Assembly (NCBI GenBank): GCA_963740315.1
Contig: CAVUDP010000001.1
Coordinates: forward strand, 832,001 to 896,000
Source of the DNA: an uncultured cyanobacterium
GTDB taxonomy: Bacteria > Cyanobacteriota > Cyanobacteriia > Cyanobacteriales > Nostocaceae
Length of the DNA: 64,000 bases
Direction: 5' to 3'
The position numbers and the translations under genes are program-made. The notes under the pieces were generated by a model, which worked only from the letters and a program-made list of their open reading frames with translations, searched no databases and was not told the DNA's origin. Each line of letters opens with the position of its first letter. Positions within the stretch are counted from its first letter, which is position 1. Positions 45,299-55,267 of this stretch are shown piece after piece.

Positions 45299-47926
45299 TT
45301 ATAAGTTATGATTCGCTGCTGCTCTAACAATGCGATTACCATCACGAGCAAGTCTTGAGCGTATTTCTAAAGGTGTCGATTCGTTTTCTGCAACACCATA
45401 TCTTTCCAACCAAGAAGCGGAATTTGCTGCTTGATTTAATATTTCCCCTGGTGTGACGGGATGAAGTAAAGTTACAAACCTAACGAAAGCGTTATTTGAT
45501 TGAGCGTATTCTGTTAGTAGGGTTGGTAAGTCGTCGGTGTCGGGTTTGTAAATTCGGGGGAGACTTTGAAGAGTTGGGGATTGTTGGTTACTTTGTCGGA
45601 AAATCCTTTGATTACTGTCTCGTTTCGACATTAATCTTTGAGCTTTTTCAGTTTCTTGTTCGCTTTGTTTTTCTAAGTGAATTTTGTAAATATCAAGGGG
45701 AGTAAGATTCGGATTTTTTGGTAACATCTGACCTGAAGTAAGTTCTTCAAGTAAATCTTTCGGGGTATTTGGATGTTCTCCAACTAATTCTTGTGTTGTT
45801 GAATTATCGTCTTGAGCAGCTTGTCTAAGAATACTTACGGGAGCATTGGGATTTTTGATAACGTCTTGAATTGAACCTCTATAATTTTGAAGAATAAATT
45901 CTAAGATAAATTCCGGTGTTAAAGGATTTTTAGCAATGCTTTGGTAAACATATCCTCCAGCGTTCCATCCGATATGAGAAACTTGATTAGAAAGCAGTTG
46001 CTGTAAATATTCAACACGCTGTTGTTCAGAAGTTTGAGGATTAAACGCTACAGCCATACGCATATCCCAATCTTCTAAATATTCACTTTCATCATCGGGA
46101 GTTTTCTTATGTTGTTCCCATAATCTTTCTCTCAAAAAAGCTGGTACTGATGGATTACCTAATAATGCAGCTACAATTTCTTGATTAGTGCGATCGCGAT
46201 TGTATTGGGTGTTCACTAAATGCATCAAACCATCCAAAGTATCGAGATTTTTCGCTAACTCTGGATTATCAAACGAAGGTTGTCTCAGCTTGGAACGTGT
46301 TTGAACTGTATTCCTTCCTTCCCACTCACCATGAGGTTCTTGATTAGATAAATATTTAAGAGTTTCTCTTTCGGATTCATTAAGCGAATTTTCCAAATCG
46401 TTCCACTCTTCCATAGTTGAATCAGCAGTAAATTGTCGAAGCCAAAACAGAATCATCTCAGGTGACTGACCTTTATAAATAAAAGTTTTAATCTGCTTTA
46501 ATAAATTTGGTGTGATATCTGGAGCTAATTCAAGCAACAATTCTACTGTCCCATCTAACTTATACGATGCATTCGCTAGCTGTTCTAAAACAGCAATCGG
46601 AGTTTGTGGATTGCTGGCTATTTGAACCTTTATATAATATTTTGAGTTTACAAATAATTCCTGTAACAGCGAAATTTTTAATTCTTCGGGCGTTTTAGGA
46701 TTCTCGGCTATAGCGAGTTGTAAATTGGAATTAGGATATTGCGTTAAATACTCCAAAATATTCGCTGAAACTTGAGGATGTTTAGCAATATCAGTCAAAA
46801 AACCTGTTTCATACCCAAGAAAGGTTTCTAATGTTTCAACTACTGGTGAAGAGTCTCTTCTAGCTATTGCTTTCGCTGTCAATTCTTCTATATCAACATT
46901 ATTCGCTAATTCAGCTAAAATCCAAGTCGGAGTATTCACCTGTCTCAACAATATATCTCGATTTTTATGTTTCCAATCTGGTAAATCTGGCTCTTTCTCC
47001 CTAAAAAACCGCTCTAAAATACTTGCTGGTAAATTATTTCTTTGTGGAATTACATTTTTATAATCCGAAAACAATTGATCTAAAGTCTCTTCCCCAGTAT
47101 TCGGATGCTCTACAACGGCAACTTTAATTTCCTTATCCGATTCCGCTAAAACAGCTAAAACTTCCGCACTCACTCCCGGATTCTTCGCAACAGCCAACCG
47201 AATCCTAAATTCCCCATCCGTTGCCAACTTCATCAAAACATCTTCCGGAGCGAAGGGATTTTGAGCAACCGTCAACCTTATCCAACTCCAACGACTATTC
47301 CCCAATTCCCTCAACTGCTCAACTTCAGCATCCCAATCGCTAACCACATCATGCTGACTTTTCACCAATTCAACTACTTCCAACGCACAATTATCGTTAA
47401 ACTCCACCGTCAAACGCACCGCTAATTCTAAATCTCCCGCTAACAATTCCAACAAGGAAACTGGTGCTTCTGAAGATTCCGCAACTACTAAACGTGCTTC
47501 TAATTTCTTCTCCCCAGCCAACCTTTCCAATAACTGCAACTGATACCGCAACGGCATATATTCGTTATGCAATCCTTGAATCAACCGACTTTCCGGAACC
47601 CATTCGCTCAAAAAATCGGGAGATACCGGAGCAAATTGCATCAACTCCACCGCTAATCTGTCATTTTGTCCTAAATCCAGATTTTGCAGCACTTCCGCAA
47701 CAACTTGCTGGTAATCTCCCGTAATTTCACCCGCCCAATTAACGTGTAATCTCGCAACTTCCACAACCGAGGAATAATCGCTGTTAACTAAAAGGGTTAA
47801 AAGACTGCGGGGAGTTTGGGGGAAAGTTGCGATCGCAATCTGCACCTCCTCCGATTCCGTCAGTAATTCTTCGGGTATTTCTAAAAATCTTTGTAAATCC
47901 GATGCACTAATCTGAAGTAACTGCAT
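45299..47926 (-). CDS. LRV/HEAT-like alpha-solenoid repeat protein
   Basis: Same repeats and termini as 36376-39009. Confidence 0.8.
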   Translation of the reverse strand: MQLLQISASDLQRFLEIPEELLTESEEVQIAIATFPQTPRSLLTLLVNSDYSSVVEVARLHVNWAGEITGDYQQVVAEVLQNLDLGQNDRLAVELMQFAPVSPDFLSEWVPESRLIQGLHNEYMPLRYQLQLLERLAGEKKLEARLVVAESSEAPVSLLELLAGDLELAVRLTVEFNDNCALEVVELVKSQHDVVSDWDAEVEQLRELGNSRWSWIRLTVAQNPFAPEDVLMKLATDGEFRIRLAVAKNPGVSAEVLAVLAESDKEIKVAVVEHPNTGEETLDQLFSDYKNVIPQRNNLPASILERFFREKEPDLPDWKHKNRDILLRQVNTPTWILAELANNVDIEELTAKAIARRDSSPVVETLETFLGYETGFLTDIAKHPQVSANILEYLTQYPNSNLQLAIAENPKTPEELKISLLQELFVNSKYYIKVQIASNPQTPIAVLEQLANASYKLDGTVELLLELAPDITPNLLKQIKTFIYKGQSPEMILFWLRQFTADSTMEEWNDLENSLNESERETLKYLSNQEPHGEWEGRNTVQTRSKLRQPSFDNPELAKNLDTLDGLMHLVNTQYNRDRTNQEIVAALLGNPSVPAFLRERLWEQHKKTPDDESEYLEDWDMRMAVAFNPQTSEQQRVEYLQQLLSNQVSHIGWNAGGYVYQSIAKNPLTPEFILEFILQNYRGSIQDVIKNPNAPVSILRQAAQDDNSTTQELVGEHPNTPKDLLEELTSGQMLPKNPNLTPLDIYKIHLEKQSEQETEKAQRLMSKRDSNQRIFRQSNQQSPTLQSLPRIYKPDTDDLPTLLTEYAQSNNAFVRFVTLLHPVTPGEILNQAANSASWLERYGVAENESTPLEIRSRLARDGNRIVRAAANHNL

Positions 47927-47946
47927 AACTTTAAATTTATTTAATT

Positions 47947-47960
47947 AGTACTAAAGTACC
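47947..47960. promoter_or_regulatory. Putative cyanobacterial LexA box (perfect match)
   Basis: AGTAC-TAA-A-GTAC-C matches RGTACNNNDGTWCB, about 20 nt upstream of the ATG at 47926. Confidence 0.6.
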
Positions 47961-48132
47961 ATAAACGGGACTAAGGTTATTAAATTTATAATTCCCCAAA
48001 TGACGACAGATATTTCTAAGAGGATGTTTAAAAAGTATTGTTAAGAGCGCAATTCTCGGATTATCCTTTCACCCCTTAGAAAAGGCTACCGCGTACATAC
48101 TCTAAAGCTGTGCCATAACGTTTCGATCCCCC

Positions 48133-48267
48133 CTAGTAGTGCTTTTCAAAAGTTTTGACGGGTAATAAAGGTTTGTAGTAAGCGCTGTCTTCGCCTCATA
48201 TTATGGAATCTGGAGGGGCTGAAGCCCTTACTACAAACCTATCAGAATTAATGGGACAGACTACTAG
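48133..48267. mobile_element. MITE-like insertion with CTAG ends, nested in a palindromic repeat
   Basis: CTAGTAGT...ACTACTAG termini; removal restores GATCCCCCCTAGTCCCCCTTATTTAAGGGGGATTTAGGGGGATC. Confidence 0.6.
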
Positions 48268-48424
48268 TCCCCCTTATTTAAGGGGGATTTAGGGGGATCT
48301 TTCTCTCAGCGCTCTCCGCGTCTCTGCGGTTTTTAAAATCAGTAATTTTCTCTAAAAACGAATAAAGACGGAGCATATTACGCCCCGTCTCTAGAAAATC
48401 AAATATATAAACTCAGACAGAAAC

Positions 48425-49711
48425 TTATTTTGGTAAACTGCCTACTTGAGGCTTATTAATGTGTCCATAAACCATTCGAGAAACTTGGTTAATAAATGAT
48501 TTAGCGCGGGCATCGCGGAAAGGTCTTGTTACCATAATACCTGCTAAATAACGCTTACCGTTTGGCATTGTCACAATACCTGCATCACCAAGAACAATTC
48601 CCAAAGTTCCTGTTTTATGAGCAAATTTTGCACCTTTACCAATACCTGCTCCTAAATAAGCTTTATTCTCGACGCGATGCATAATATCTAAAACTTTTGC
48701 GCGGCTGGTACTACTTAATAACAAATTATTAGAAATCAAAGCTCCCACTCTAGCTAAATCTTTAGGGCTAGTAGTATTAGTTCCTTTAAAATCACCAAGT
48801 AGATTGCGGATTACAGTATTTTGCAGTCCCCAATTACGGAAGCGTTGATTTAATCTAGCTTTACCACCCAAGCGATCGATAACCATATTAGTTGCAGTAT
48901 TATCGCTGATGGTAATCATTTTAGTGACGGTTTCCATCAAACTAAACTTAGTACCGGGACGTTTGTACTGCATTACTCCCGAACCACCAGTGATCAAATC
49001 GCGGCGCATGACTACAGTTTCATTTAATTTAACTCTACCCGCGTCTACTTCTTCAAATAAAGCGACTAAAAGCGGAAGTTTAATTGTGGAAGCTGCGGGA
49101 AATGCCTTTTCTCCATTTATGTCTAAATAGTCGCCGGTTTCCAAATCTAAGAAAAACATTCCTGGATCTAAATAACTGTAGCGAGACATTAAACTTTTAA
49201 CTTGAGAATAGAGTTGCGGTATTTGACTTCCTAAAGGAACAACTCCTGCGAATGATGAAGCTTTGGGAAACCCCACGGGAATCTTTACTTCACCAGCATT
49301 CGGATTGGAAGTAAGAGTTCCGCGATCGATGGATGAGAAATTAACCGTCCAGTGGGAAGAAGTATCGCTTTTAACTAATAGTTTGTCGGGAGAAACTGTA
49401 TAACCTGGTGCTAATTCAACTACTAATCGAGTAGTTTTATCGTCAACTTTACCAACTCTAATTTCTTTGACTGCGGACTTATATTGTTGACGAATCGTAT
49501 CTCTACCCAATTGCGTACCGGGTAAATCAATTACAAGTCGTGTGGGATTATTAATTAAAAATGCTGTCGGTTGAACTCCCGAATCAGTCGTTAAATCTAG
49601 TTGATTTCGTGTTGGATTAAAATGCCATGATTGAAAGTTAGCCGCATTTAATGGAGAGGATAACAGTACAACACTGCTAATAGCGCTAAGCAATAAAAAG
49701 CGTAGTCTCAT
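48425..49711 (-). CDS. AMIN-domain class A beta-lactamase-like serine hydrolase (PBP-A type)
   Basis: Signal peptide, NPTRLVIDLP AMIN motif, ASTIK, SDN, KTG. Confidence 0.88.
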   Translation of the reverse strand: MRLRFLLLSAISSVVLLSSPLNAANFQSWHFNPTRNQLDLTTDSGVQPTAFLINNPTRLVIDLPGTQLGRDTIRQQYKSAVKEIRVGKVDDKTTRLVVELAPGYTVSPDKLLVKSDTSSHWTVNFSSIDRGTLTSNPNAGEVKIPVGFPKASSFAGVVPLGSQIPQLYSQVKSLMSRYSYLDPGMFFLDLETGDYLDINGEKAFPAASTIKLPLLVALFEEVDAGRVKLNETVVMRRDLITGGSGVMQYKRPGTKFSLMETVTKMITISDNTATNMVIDRLGGKARLNQRFRNWGLQNTVIRNLLGDFKGTNTTSPKDLARVGALISNNLLLSSTSRAKVLDIMHRVENKAYLGAGIGKGAKFAHKTGTLGIVLGDAGIVTMPNGKRYLAGIMVTRPFRDARAKSFINQVSRMVYGHINKPQVGSLPK

Positions 49712-50245
49712 GTGTATGATTTCCAAGCGAGCAGAGTATTTACTTGAATACAGTTTTCAGTTTCTCTAGGTATTATCCGGAGAAAAATATCAGTATTATC
49801 CGATAATAAAAAAGATTTTTTGTGTATTATTATTAGTTCAATTCTTTCCAGACGCTTATATAAATGAATGGTTCCATTACTAATTTCAACTGATATTTTG
49901 GATCGTTATCAACAGACTCTCCGGCTCTTGTTTTTGTTCCGAGGCTCAGTTTAGTAACTACGGTTAATATTGATAGACTATTTAGCTGCTGGTTGTCAAA
50001 AGTCAGATCGGCAATTTAATTACTAAACTTATCCATTTCTACAGTTTTATCGCTCAAATTTGAAATACTTATTGATGGAATTTTAGGTGCATTACCTTAT
50101 ATAATTTCCACGGTATAACAGACTTGTAAGAAACTAAAAAGAATTACTTCTTTCTTTGCGCTCTGTGCGTCTAATAAGGTTTTTTTCTCGGTAATCTTCT
50201 AGCGAAAGGAATAATATATTGATATCCCTTGCATCTACCATCTCT

Positions 50246-51715
50246 ATGAATACTCTTTCTAACTACATTAACGGCAAATGGCATAAATCCGCCGCAACCG
50301 AACATCTTGAAGTTGTTAACCCAGCGACAGCAGAAGTGCTTGCCCAAGTACCTTTATCACCAAAATCGGAAGTAAATGAAGCAGCCTCAGCAGCAGCAGA
50401 AGCTTTCAAATCTTGGCGACGTATTCCCGCGACACAACGAGTGCAATATTTATTCATACTTAAATACTTATTAGAAGAACATTTAGAAGATATTGCTCGT
50501 ACAATCACCCTTGAATGCGGCAAAACCTTGGCAGAATCGAGAGGTGAAATGCGCCGCGCGATCGAAAACGTAGAAGTTGCTTGCGGTATTCCGATGATGA
50601 TGCAGGGAACTAACCTGGAAGATATTGCACGGGGAATTGATGAAATGATGATTCGTCAACCTTTGGGAGTATGTGCGGCGATTTGCCCTTTCAACTTTCC
50701 GGGGATGATTCCCTTTTGGTTTCTACCTTATGCGATCGCTTGCGGTAATACCTACATTGTCAAACCTTCGGAAAAAGTTCCGTTGACGATGCAGAAAATC
50801 TTTGAGTTATTAGAGCAAACTGGTTTACCCAAAGGTGTGGTTAACTTGGTAAACGGCACCAAAGAAGCTGTAGACGCAATTTTAGAACATCCACAAATTA
50901 AAGCAGTTAGTTTTGTTGGTTCCACATCTGTCGCCAAATATGTTTACAGTTGGGGTGCGGCGAATGGTAAACGGATGCAGGCTCAAGGTGGTGCAAAAAA
51001 TCCGATTATCGTTTTACCCGATGCAGATATGGAAATGACAACCCGCATCGCTGCCGATAGTGCTTTTGGTTGTGCGGGGCAAAGGTGTCTTGCGGCTTCG
51101 GTAGCAGTAACTGTAGGGGAAGCAAAACAAGAATTTACCCAAGCGATCGCAGAAGTTGCAAATAACCGAATTGTAGGTAACGGCTTGGAAGATGGCGTAC
51201 AAATGGGAGCCGTGATTAATGCTTACAGTAAAACGCGAATTGAAGGTTTAGTTGAAAAAGGTGTGTCATCGGGTGCTTCTCTACTAGTTGATGGCAGAAA
51301 TCCGCATATATCGGGTTACGAACAAGGTTACTTTATCCGTCCAACAATTCTACAAGATGTAAATCCCTTAAGCGAAATCGCCAATACAGAAATATTTGGT
51401 CCCGTATTGAGTTTAATGCACGTCAACAATATTGATGAAGCGATTTCCTTAGTAAACAACAGTCAATTTGGAAACATGGCTTGTTTATTTACCACATCCG
51501 GAGCAGCAGCCCGTAAATTTCGCTACGAAGCCCAAGCCGGAAATATCGGTATAAACATCGGTGTCGCCGCACCAATGGCATTCTTCCCCTTCAGCGGTTG
51601 GAAGCAAAGCTTTTTCGGAGACTTACACGGGCAAGGAAACCACGCAGTAGAATTTTTTACTCAAACCAAAGTCGTCGTAGAAAGATGGAAAGATGAATGG
51701 TCGAGAAAGTTTTAG
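50246..51715 (+). CDS. mmsA: CoA-acylating methylmalonate-semialdehyde dehydrogenase
   Basis: [35 protein letters not shown]. Confidence 0.92.
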   Translation: MNTLSNYINGKWHKSAATEHLEVVNPATAEVLAQVPLSPKSEVNEAASAAAEAFKSWRRIPATQRVQYLFILKYLLEEHLEDIARTITLECGKTLAESRGEMRRAIENVEVACGIPMMMQGTNLEDIARGIDEMMIRQPLGVCAAICPFNFPGMIPFWFLPYAIACGNTYIVKPSEKVPLTMQKIFELLEQTGLPKGVVNLVNGTKEAVDAILEHPQIKAVSFVGSTSVAKYVYSWGAANGKRMQAQGGAKNPIIVLPDADMEMTTRIAADSAFGCAGQRCLAASVAVTVGEAKQEFTQAIAEVANNRIVGNGLEDGVQMGAVINAYSKTRIEGLVEKGVSSGASLLVDGRNPHISGYEQGYFIRPTILQDVNPLSEIANTEIFGPVLSLMHVNNIDEAISLVNNSQFGNMACLFTTSGAAARKFRYEAQAGNIGINIGVAAPMAFFPFSGWKQSFFGDLHGQGNHAVEFFTQTKVVVERWKDEWSRKF

Positions 51716-51955
51716 AATTGGGCATGGGAACAGGTTAAAGGTCTGCATGTCAAAGGTAATAAGTGGGTATGCCTTCATTATTTGTGTCATTGTTCACTGC
51801 GTGAAGCAATCCCAAACCCTTGCGATGAACCGCACCCTACGGGTGAATGCTTCGTTTCGCCCTCGCCGCACGCTCCGCGTGAACGCTGCACTCGCAATGA
51901 CAATATACAATTAATTTTGCATGAGTACCTATAGTTAAAAGCTTTAAATTCTTAA

Positions 51956-52058
51956 CTCCCCATCTCCTTGTCTCCCCATCTCCCCATCTCCTTGTCCCCC
52001 CATCTCCCCATCTCCCCATCTCCTTGTCCCCATCCCCCCATCTCCCCCTCTCCCTCTC
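51956..52058. repeat. Short tandem repeat (8-mers TCCCCATC/TCCTTGTC)
   Basis: Directly visible tandem array. Confidence 0.85.
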
Positions 52059-52160
52059 CAAAAAAAATTCCCCCGCTTGGCACACAAATGATGTAATATC
52101 CGTCACTGTAAGTTAGCTACGAATAAATCCAATTATTTTATAGGTGTGAAGGAGTTAAAA

Positions 52161-52550
52161 ATGAAAGTACCTTTTATCGGTAAAACATTAGTTGCGTCTT
52201 TAGGTTTACTCGCTTTATTTGCCCCTCAACGTGCTGATGCTCAGATAGTACCTCAACCTTGGGTGTCTGTTGGTTCTAAAGATGGTGATGTTACCTATGC
52301 TGTCGGTGCAAAGGCTTTAAATTACGGTGCAGAATTGGGAGTAGGTGAAGACGGTGCTGTTGGTGTTGATGTACTGCAATTTCTTCCTTTACCAAAGGTT
52401 TCTCCTTATGTTGGAGTAGGATACTATACAGAAGGTAAAGGTGTTTCGCTTTCCGGTGGCGTACAAGTAAGCCCTACCAAAAACTTGGTTGTTGGTGCTG
52501 GTTACAATACACGTCGCGGTATTAACGGACAGTTGGGAATTAAGTTCTAA
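52161..52550 (+). CDS. Small secreted or outer-membrane beta-barrel-like hypothetical protein
   Basis: Signal peptide ending ADA, Gly/Val-rich amphipathic strands, SPYVGVG, C-terminal F. Confidence 0.7.
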   Translation: MKVPFIGKTLVASLGLLALFAPQRADAQIVPQPWVSVGSKDGDVTYAVGAKALNYGAELGVGEDGAVGVDVLQFLPLPKVSPYVGVGYYTEGKGVSLSGGVQVSPTKNLVVGAGYNTRRGINGQLGIKF

Positions 52551-52589
52551 TTTTTTAATTTTTTCTAAAATATCTTAAATAGATTTGAT

Positions 52590-52630
52590 TTCGACATTGT
52601 TGACTTTCGGGTTGGCGATGTCGAATTTTT
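52590..52630 (+). terminator. Intrinsic terminator
   Basis: TTCGACATTGTTGAC...GTTGGCGATGTCGAA followed by TTTTT. Confidence 0.7.
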
Positions 52631-52750
52631 GTTTATACTTTAAGTTTTATTTATACATATCTTCAGACTGAGAAAAAACAAAATAAATTAATATTTAGTT
52701 CTACCTTCCGCGAGATAGTTACTGGTAACAAAATCTGATTTAATTAGAAC

Positions 52751-52885
52751 TAAGTAGGTGAGCGTAATAAAATATAACTATAACTGTGTTTCGTCATTGC
52801 GAGGAGGTACGACGAAGCAATCACAACCGTTTCAAGCTTTTTACATTTTGTTACGTAGTTGGTTTTATTTCTGCCGACTTACTTA
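52751..52885. mobile_element. MITE-like element with imperfect terminal inverted repeats
   Basis: TAAGTAGGTGAGCGTAATAAAA versus reverse complement TAAGTAAGTCGGCAGAAATAAAA; contains half of a CGTC repeat. Confidence 0.5.
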
Positions 52886-52929
52886 AGTGCATTTATTCCT
52901 ATATTAAAAATAGAGGCAATATAATCCAA

Positions 52930-53982
52930 ATGCTGCTGCTAATTAAAAAACTTGGTGGTTGGAGCAAGCAAAAATTTTCATGGCTGTGGGAAAGTAACAG
53001 CGGAGATTGGCCCTGGTTGGCTGAGAAACCAATGCAAATTGCGGGACTTAACCGTGGTTTGTGGAGGGGTGCGGTTCCTTCAACCAGCTTTTATGTTTTG
53101 CTTTCACTATCTGGAGTAATTGCAACTTTCGGACTTTTAGCAAACAGCGCAGCAACCATTATCGGCGCGATGATCGTTGCACCTTTGATGGGACCGATAA
53201 TTGCGATCGCCTATAGTATAGTGGCAGGAAACCAACGTCTTTTAAAGCGTTCGGTTTTTACTTTAATTAAAGGTGTTTTATTAACTGTTGTTATCTCAAT
53301 TGTAATTGCCAAACTAGTCGGGATTAGAACTTTAGGTTCGGAAATCGGGGGAAGAGTCAGTCCCACTTTACTCGACATGGGAGTAGCTTTAGCAGCAGGT
53401 GCGGCTGGAGCTTATGCAAAATCGCGTAAAAGCATTTCTGATGCATTACCCGGAGTTGCGATCGCGGTTGCTTTAGTTCCACCTTTAAGCGTCGTTGGTA
53501 TTGGATTGGCGATGAATTCACAGTCGGTTGCCGTAGGTTCTAGTCTGCTGTTTTTAGCTAACTTAACCGGGATTATTTTTAGTGGTGCAATAGTATTTTT
53601 ATCACAAGGTTACGGTTCCTTAATCAAGGCTCGTCAGGGTTTGACCGTATCGATTATATCAGTAATTCTGCTGGGTTTACCTCTAACTTTTTCGTTACAA
53701 ACATTACTGGTTCAAGAACAAGCTCGCCGCCAAATTTCCTATTTACTCTACAATAAAACTCAAACTTTTTCTAATACCAAGATTAGAAGCATTAAAGTAC
53801 GGCGAGGAGAAGGAGAGCAACTTTTTGTTGATATGGAAGTAGCCGCTCCTTTTGGTTCGATTACACAGAAACAAATGAGCGAAGTTCATAATTTTTTACA
53901 ATCAGAATTGAAAAGACCAATAAATTTTCAAGTTCAAATAATTCCAACTCAACAATATGCACTTCCAGCTTCTAAAATTTAG
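52930..53982 (+). CDS. DUF389 (TIGR00341) family membrane protein
   Basis: IIGAMIVAPLMGPI, LPGVAIAVALVPPL. Confidence 0.9.
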   Translation: MLLLIKKLGGWSKQKFSWLWESNSGDWPWLAEKPMQIAGLNRGLWRGAVPSTSFYVLLSLSGVIATFGLLANSAATIIGAMIVAPLMGPIIAIAYSIVAGNQRLLKRSVFTLIKGVLLTVVISIVIAKLVGIRTLGSEIGGRVSPTLLDMGVALAAGAAGAYAKSRKSISDALPGVAIAVALVPPLSVVGIGLAMNSQSVAVGSSLLFLANLTGIIFSGAIVFLSQGYGSLIKARQGLTVSIISVILLGLPLTFSLQTLLVQEQARRQISYLLYNKTQTFSNTKIRSIKVRRGEGEQLFVDMEVAAPFGSITQKQMSEVHNFLQSELKRPINFQVQIIPTQQYALPASKI

Positions 53983-54101
53983 AATATAATTTAGTTGAAA
54001 TTTTGCCGCAATTACCTATTAAGTTAATAATTATAGGTTTATTTATTATTTGCAATTTCACCGAAAGCTGATGATAGAATAAACAGAAAGGAGGGTTTTT
54101 G

Positions 54102-54719
54102 ATGGCGAAAAGGAAAATTTTAGAGGAAGGTAGAGATTATACTTTTCGTTCTTATTTTGAATTAGCTTACGAACCCGATGAAATTTTAGCTGAATTTGAC
54201 TATACGCTGATTATAAAAGAACTAACCTTACCTAAAACTACTCAAGAATTACAGCGAACGTTAGAATTGAAGCAAAGAATTAGAGATATTTTACCTTTTG
54301 TAAGTTTAAGCAATGAAACTGCAAGGAGAGAAACCTTGGTATCACCTTTGCTTTTAGAGGTGATTCGCTATTGTGAATGCAAAATGCGAATCGAATATCC
54401 GCTCAGAGTCAGCAATATATTAAAAGGTCATTTAGATTATTTATTACAATTAAAAAATCAATTTTTAGTTATTGAAGCGGAAAACGACGATTTAACTAGA
54501 GGTTTTACTCAATTAGCGGTTGAATTAATTGCTTTATCGCAAGTTGAAGAACAAGATATTTATTATGGTGCGGTGACGATTGGTGATGTGTGGAGATTTG
54601 GAAAATTAGATAGAATTCAACAGATAATAACTCAAGATATTAATTTATTTAAAGTTCCTGATGATTTGGATGATTTAGCAAAAGTAATTGTGGGAATTTT
54701 GCAAGGGGTAGAAGTTTAA
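54102..54719 (+). CDS. Hypothetical protein, PD-(D/E)xK-like fold
   Basis: NETARRE.LVSP, G.LDY, VIEA, GFTQL..EL, YGAVT.G..WRFG. Confidence 0.65.
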   Translation: MAKRKILEEGRDYTFRSYFELAYEPDEILAEFDYTLIIKELTLPKTTQELQRTLELKQRIRDILPFVSLSNETARRETLVSPLLLEVIRYCECKMRIEYPLRVSNILKGHLDYLLQLKNQFLVIEAENDDLTRGFTQLAVELIALSQVEEQDIYYGAVTIGDVWRFGKLDRIQQIITQDINLFKVPDDLDDLAKVIVGILQGVEV

Positions 54720-54857
54720 GCTCATCCCTCTCGTTGACAAGGAGAGGGGAAAGGGGTGAGGTTTCCTGAAGTGTAGTTTATTTAAACGAAAACCCCTATA
54801 TCATTAAAGTAATTGAAAAGCTTTTTTAAGGATTGTATTCAATATTTTGATATACTC

Positions 54858-55091
54858 TTAAATCGCTTCTCCGTCCATAATTCTATATATATTTGGTTCA
54901 TCATTAAGAAATTCCAATGAACCACCACTTTCCACAAGATGAACAAATTCGTTGTTTGAAGGATATGGAATATTGCTAAGTAGTTTTGATTGTAATAAAG
55001 CTTGCTCTGCTGGAGAAAGAGAAAGAATCACTTGTACTAAAGATTCTACCAATTGTGTATTTAGTGGTTGATTTATGTTGAAGTTTGTCAT
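54858..55091 (-). CDS. Small hypothetical protein (antitoxin-like)
   Basis: 77 aa; ESGGSLEFLNDEPNIY tail resembles small cyanobacterial antitoxin-like proteins. Confidence 0.5.
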   Translation of the reverse strand: MTNFNINQPLNTQLVESLVQVILSLSPAEQALLQSKLLSNIPYPSNNEFVHLVESGGSLEFLNDEPNIYRIMDGEAI

Positions 55092-55188
55092 ATTGATTTT
55101 GATTTAATTCTAAATAATATAATTATCGTATTTAAGTTTTTTCTTTGCTGAGATTATTCTTCCACTAAATCTCAAATTAAATCTGGAT

Positions 55189-55254
55189 GGTGCGTTACGG
55201 CTATTTAAATTATTGATTAAAAACAAAATTAACCGTAGCCGTAATGCACCCTAC
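55189..55254 (-). repeat. GTAG-type REP with long loop
   Basis: Reverse complement GTAG GGTGCATTACGGCTA-(32 nt)-TAGCCGTAACGCACC. Confidence 0.75.
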
Positions 55255-55267
55255 AAAAGACTACAAA

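Noticed and set aside
51693..52106. ORFs of 73 and 89 aa (WGDGE repeats)
   Set aside because: They are translations of CGTC repeats and 8-mer tandem repeats.
52786..52929. N-terminal extension of the DUF389 ORF
   Set aside because: It runs through a MITE-like/CGTC repeat; ATG at 52930 is the more plausible start.
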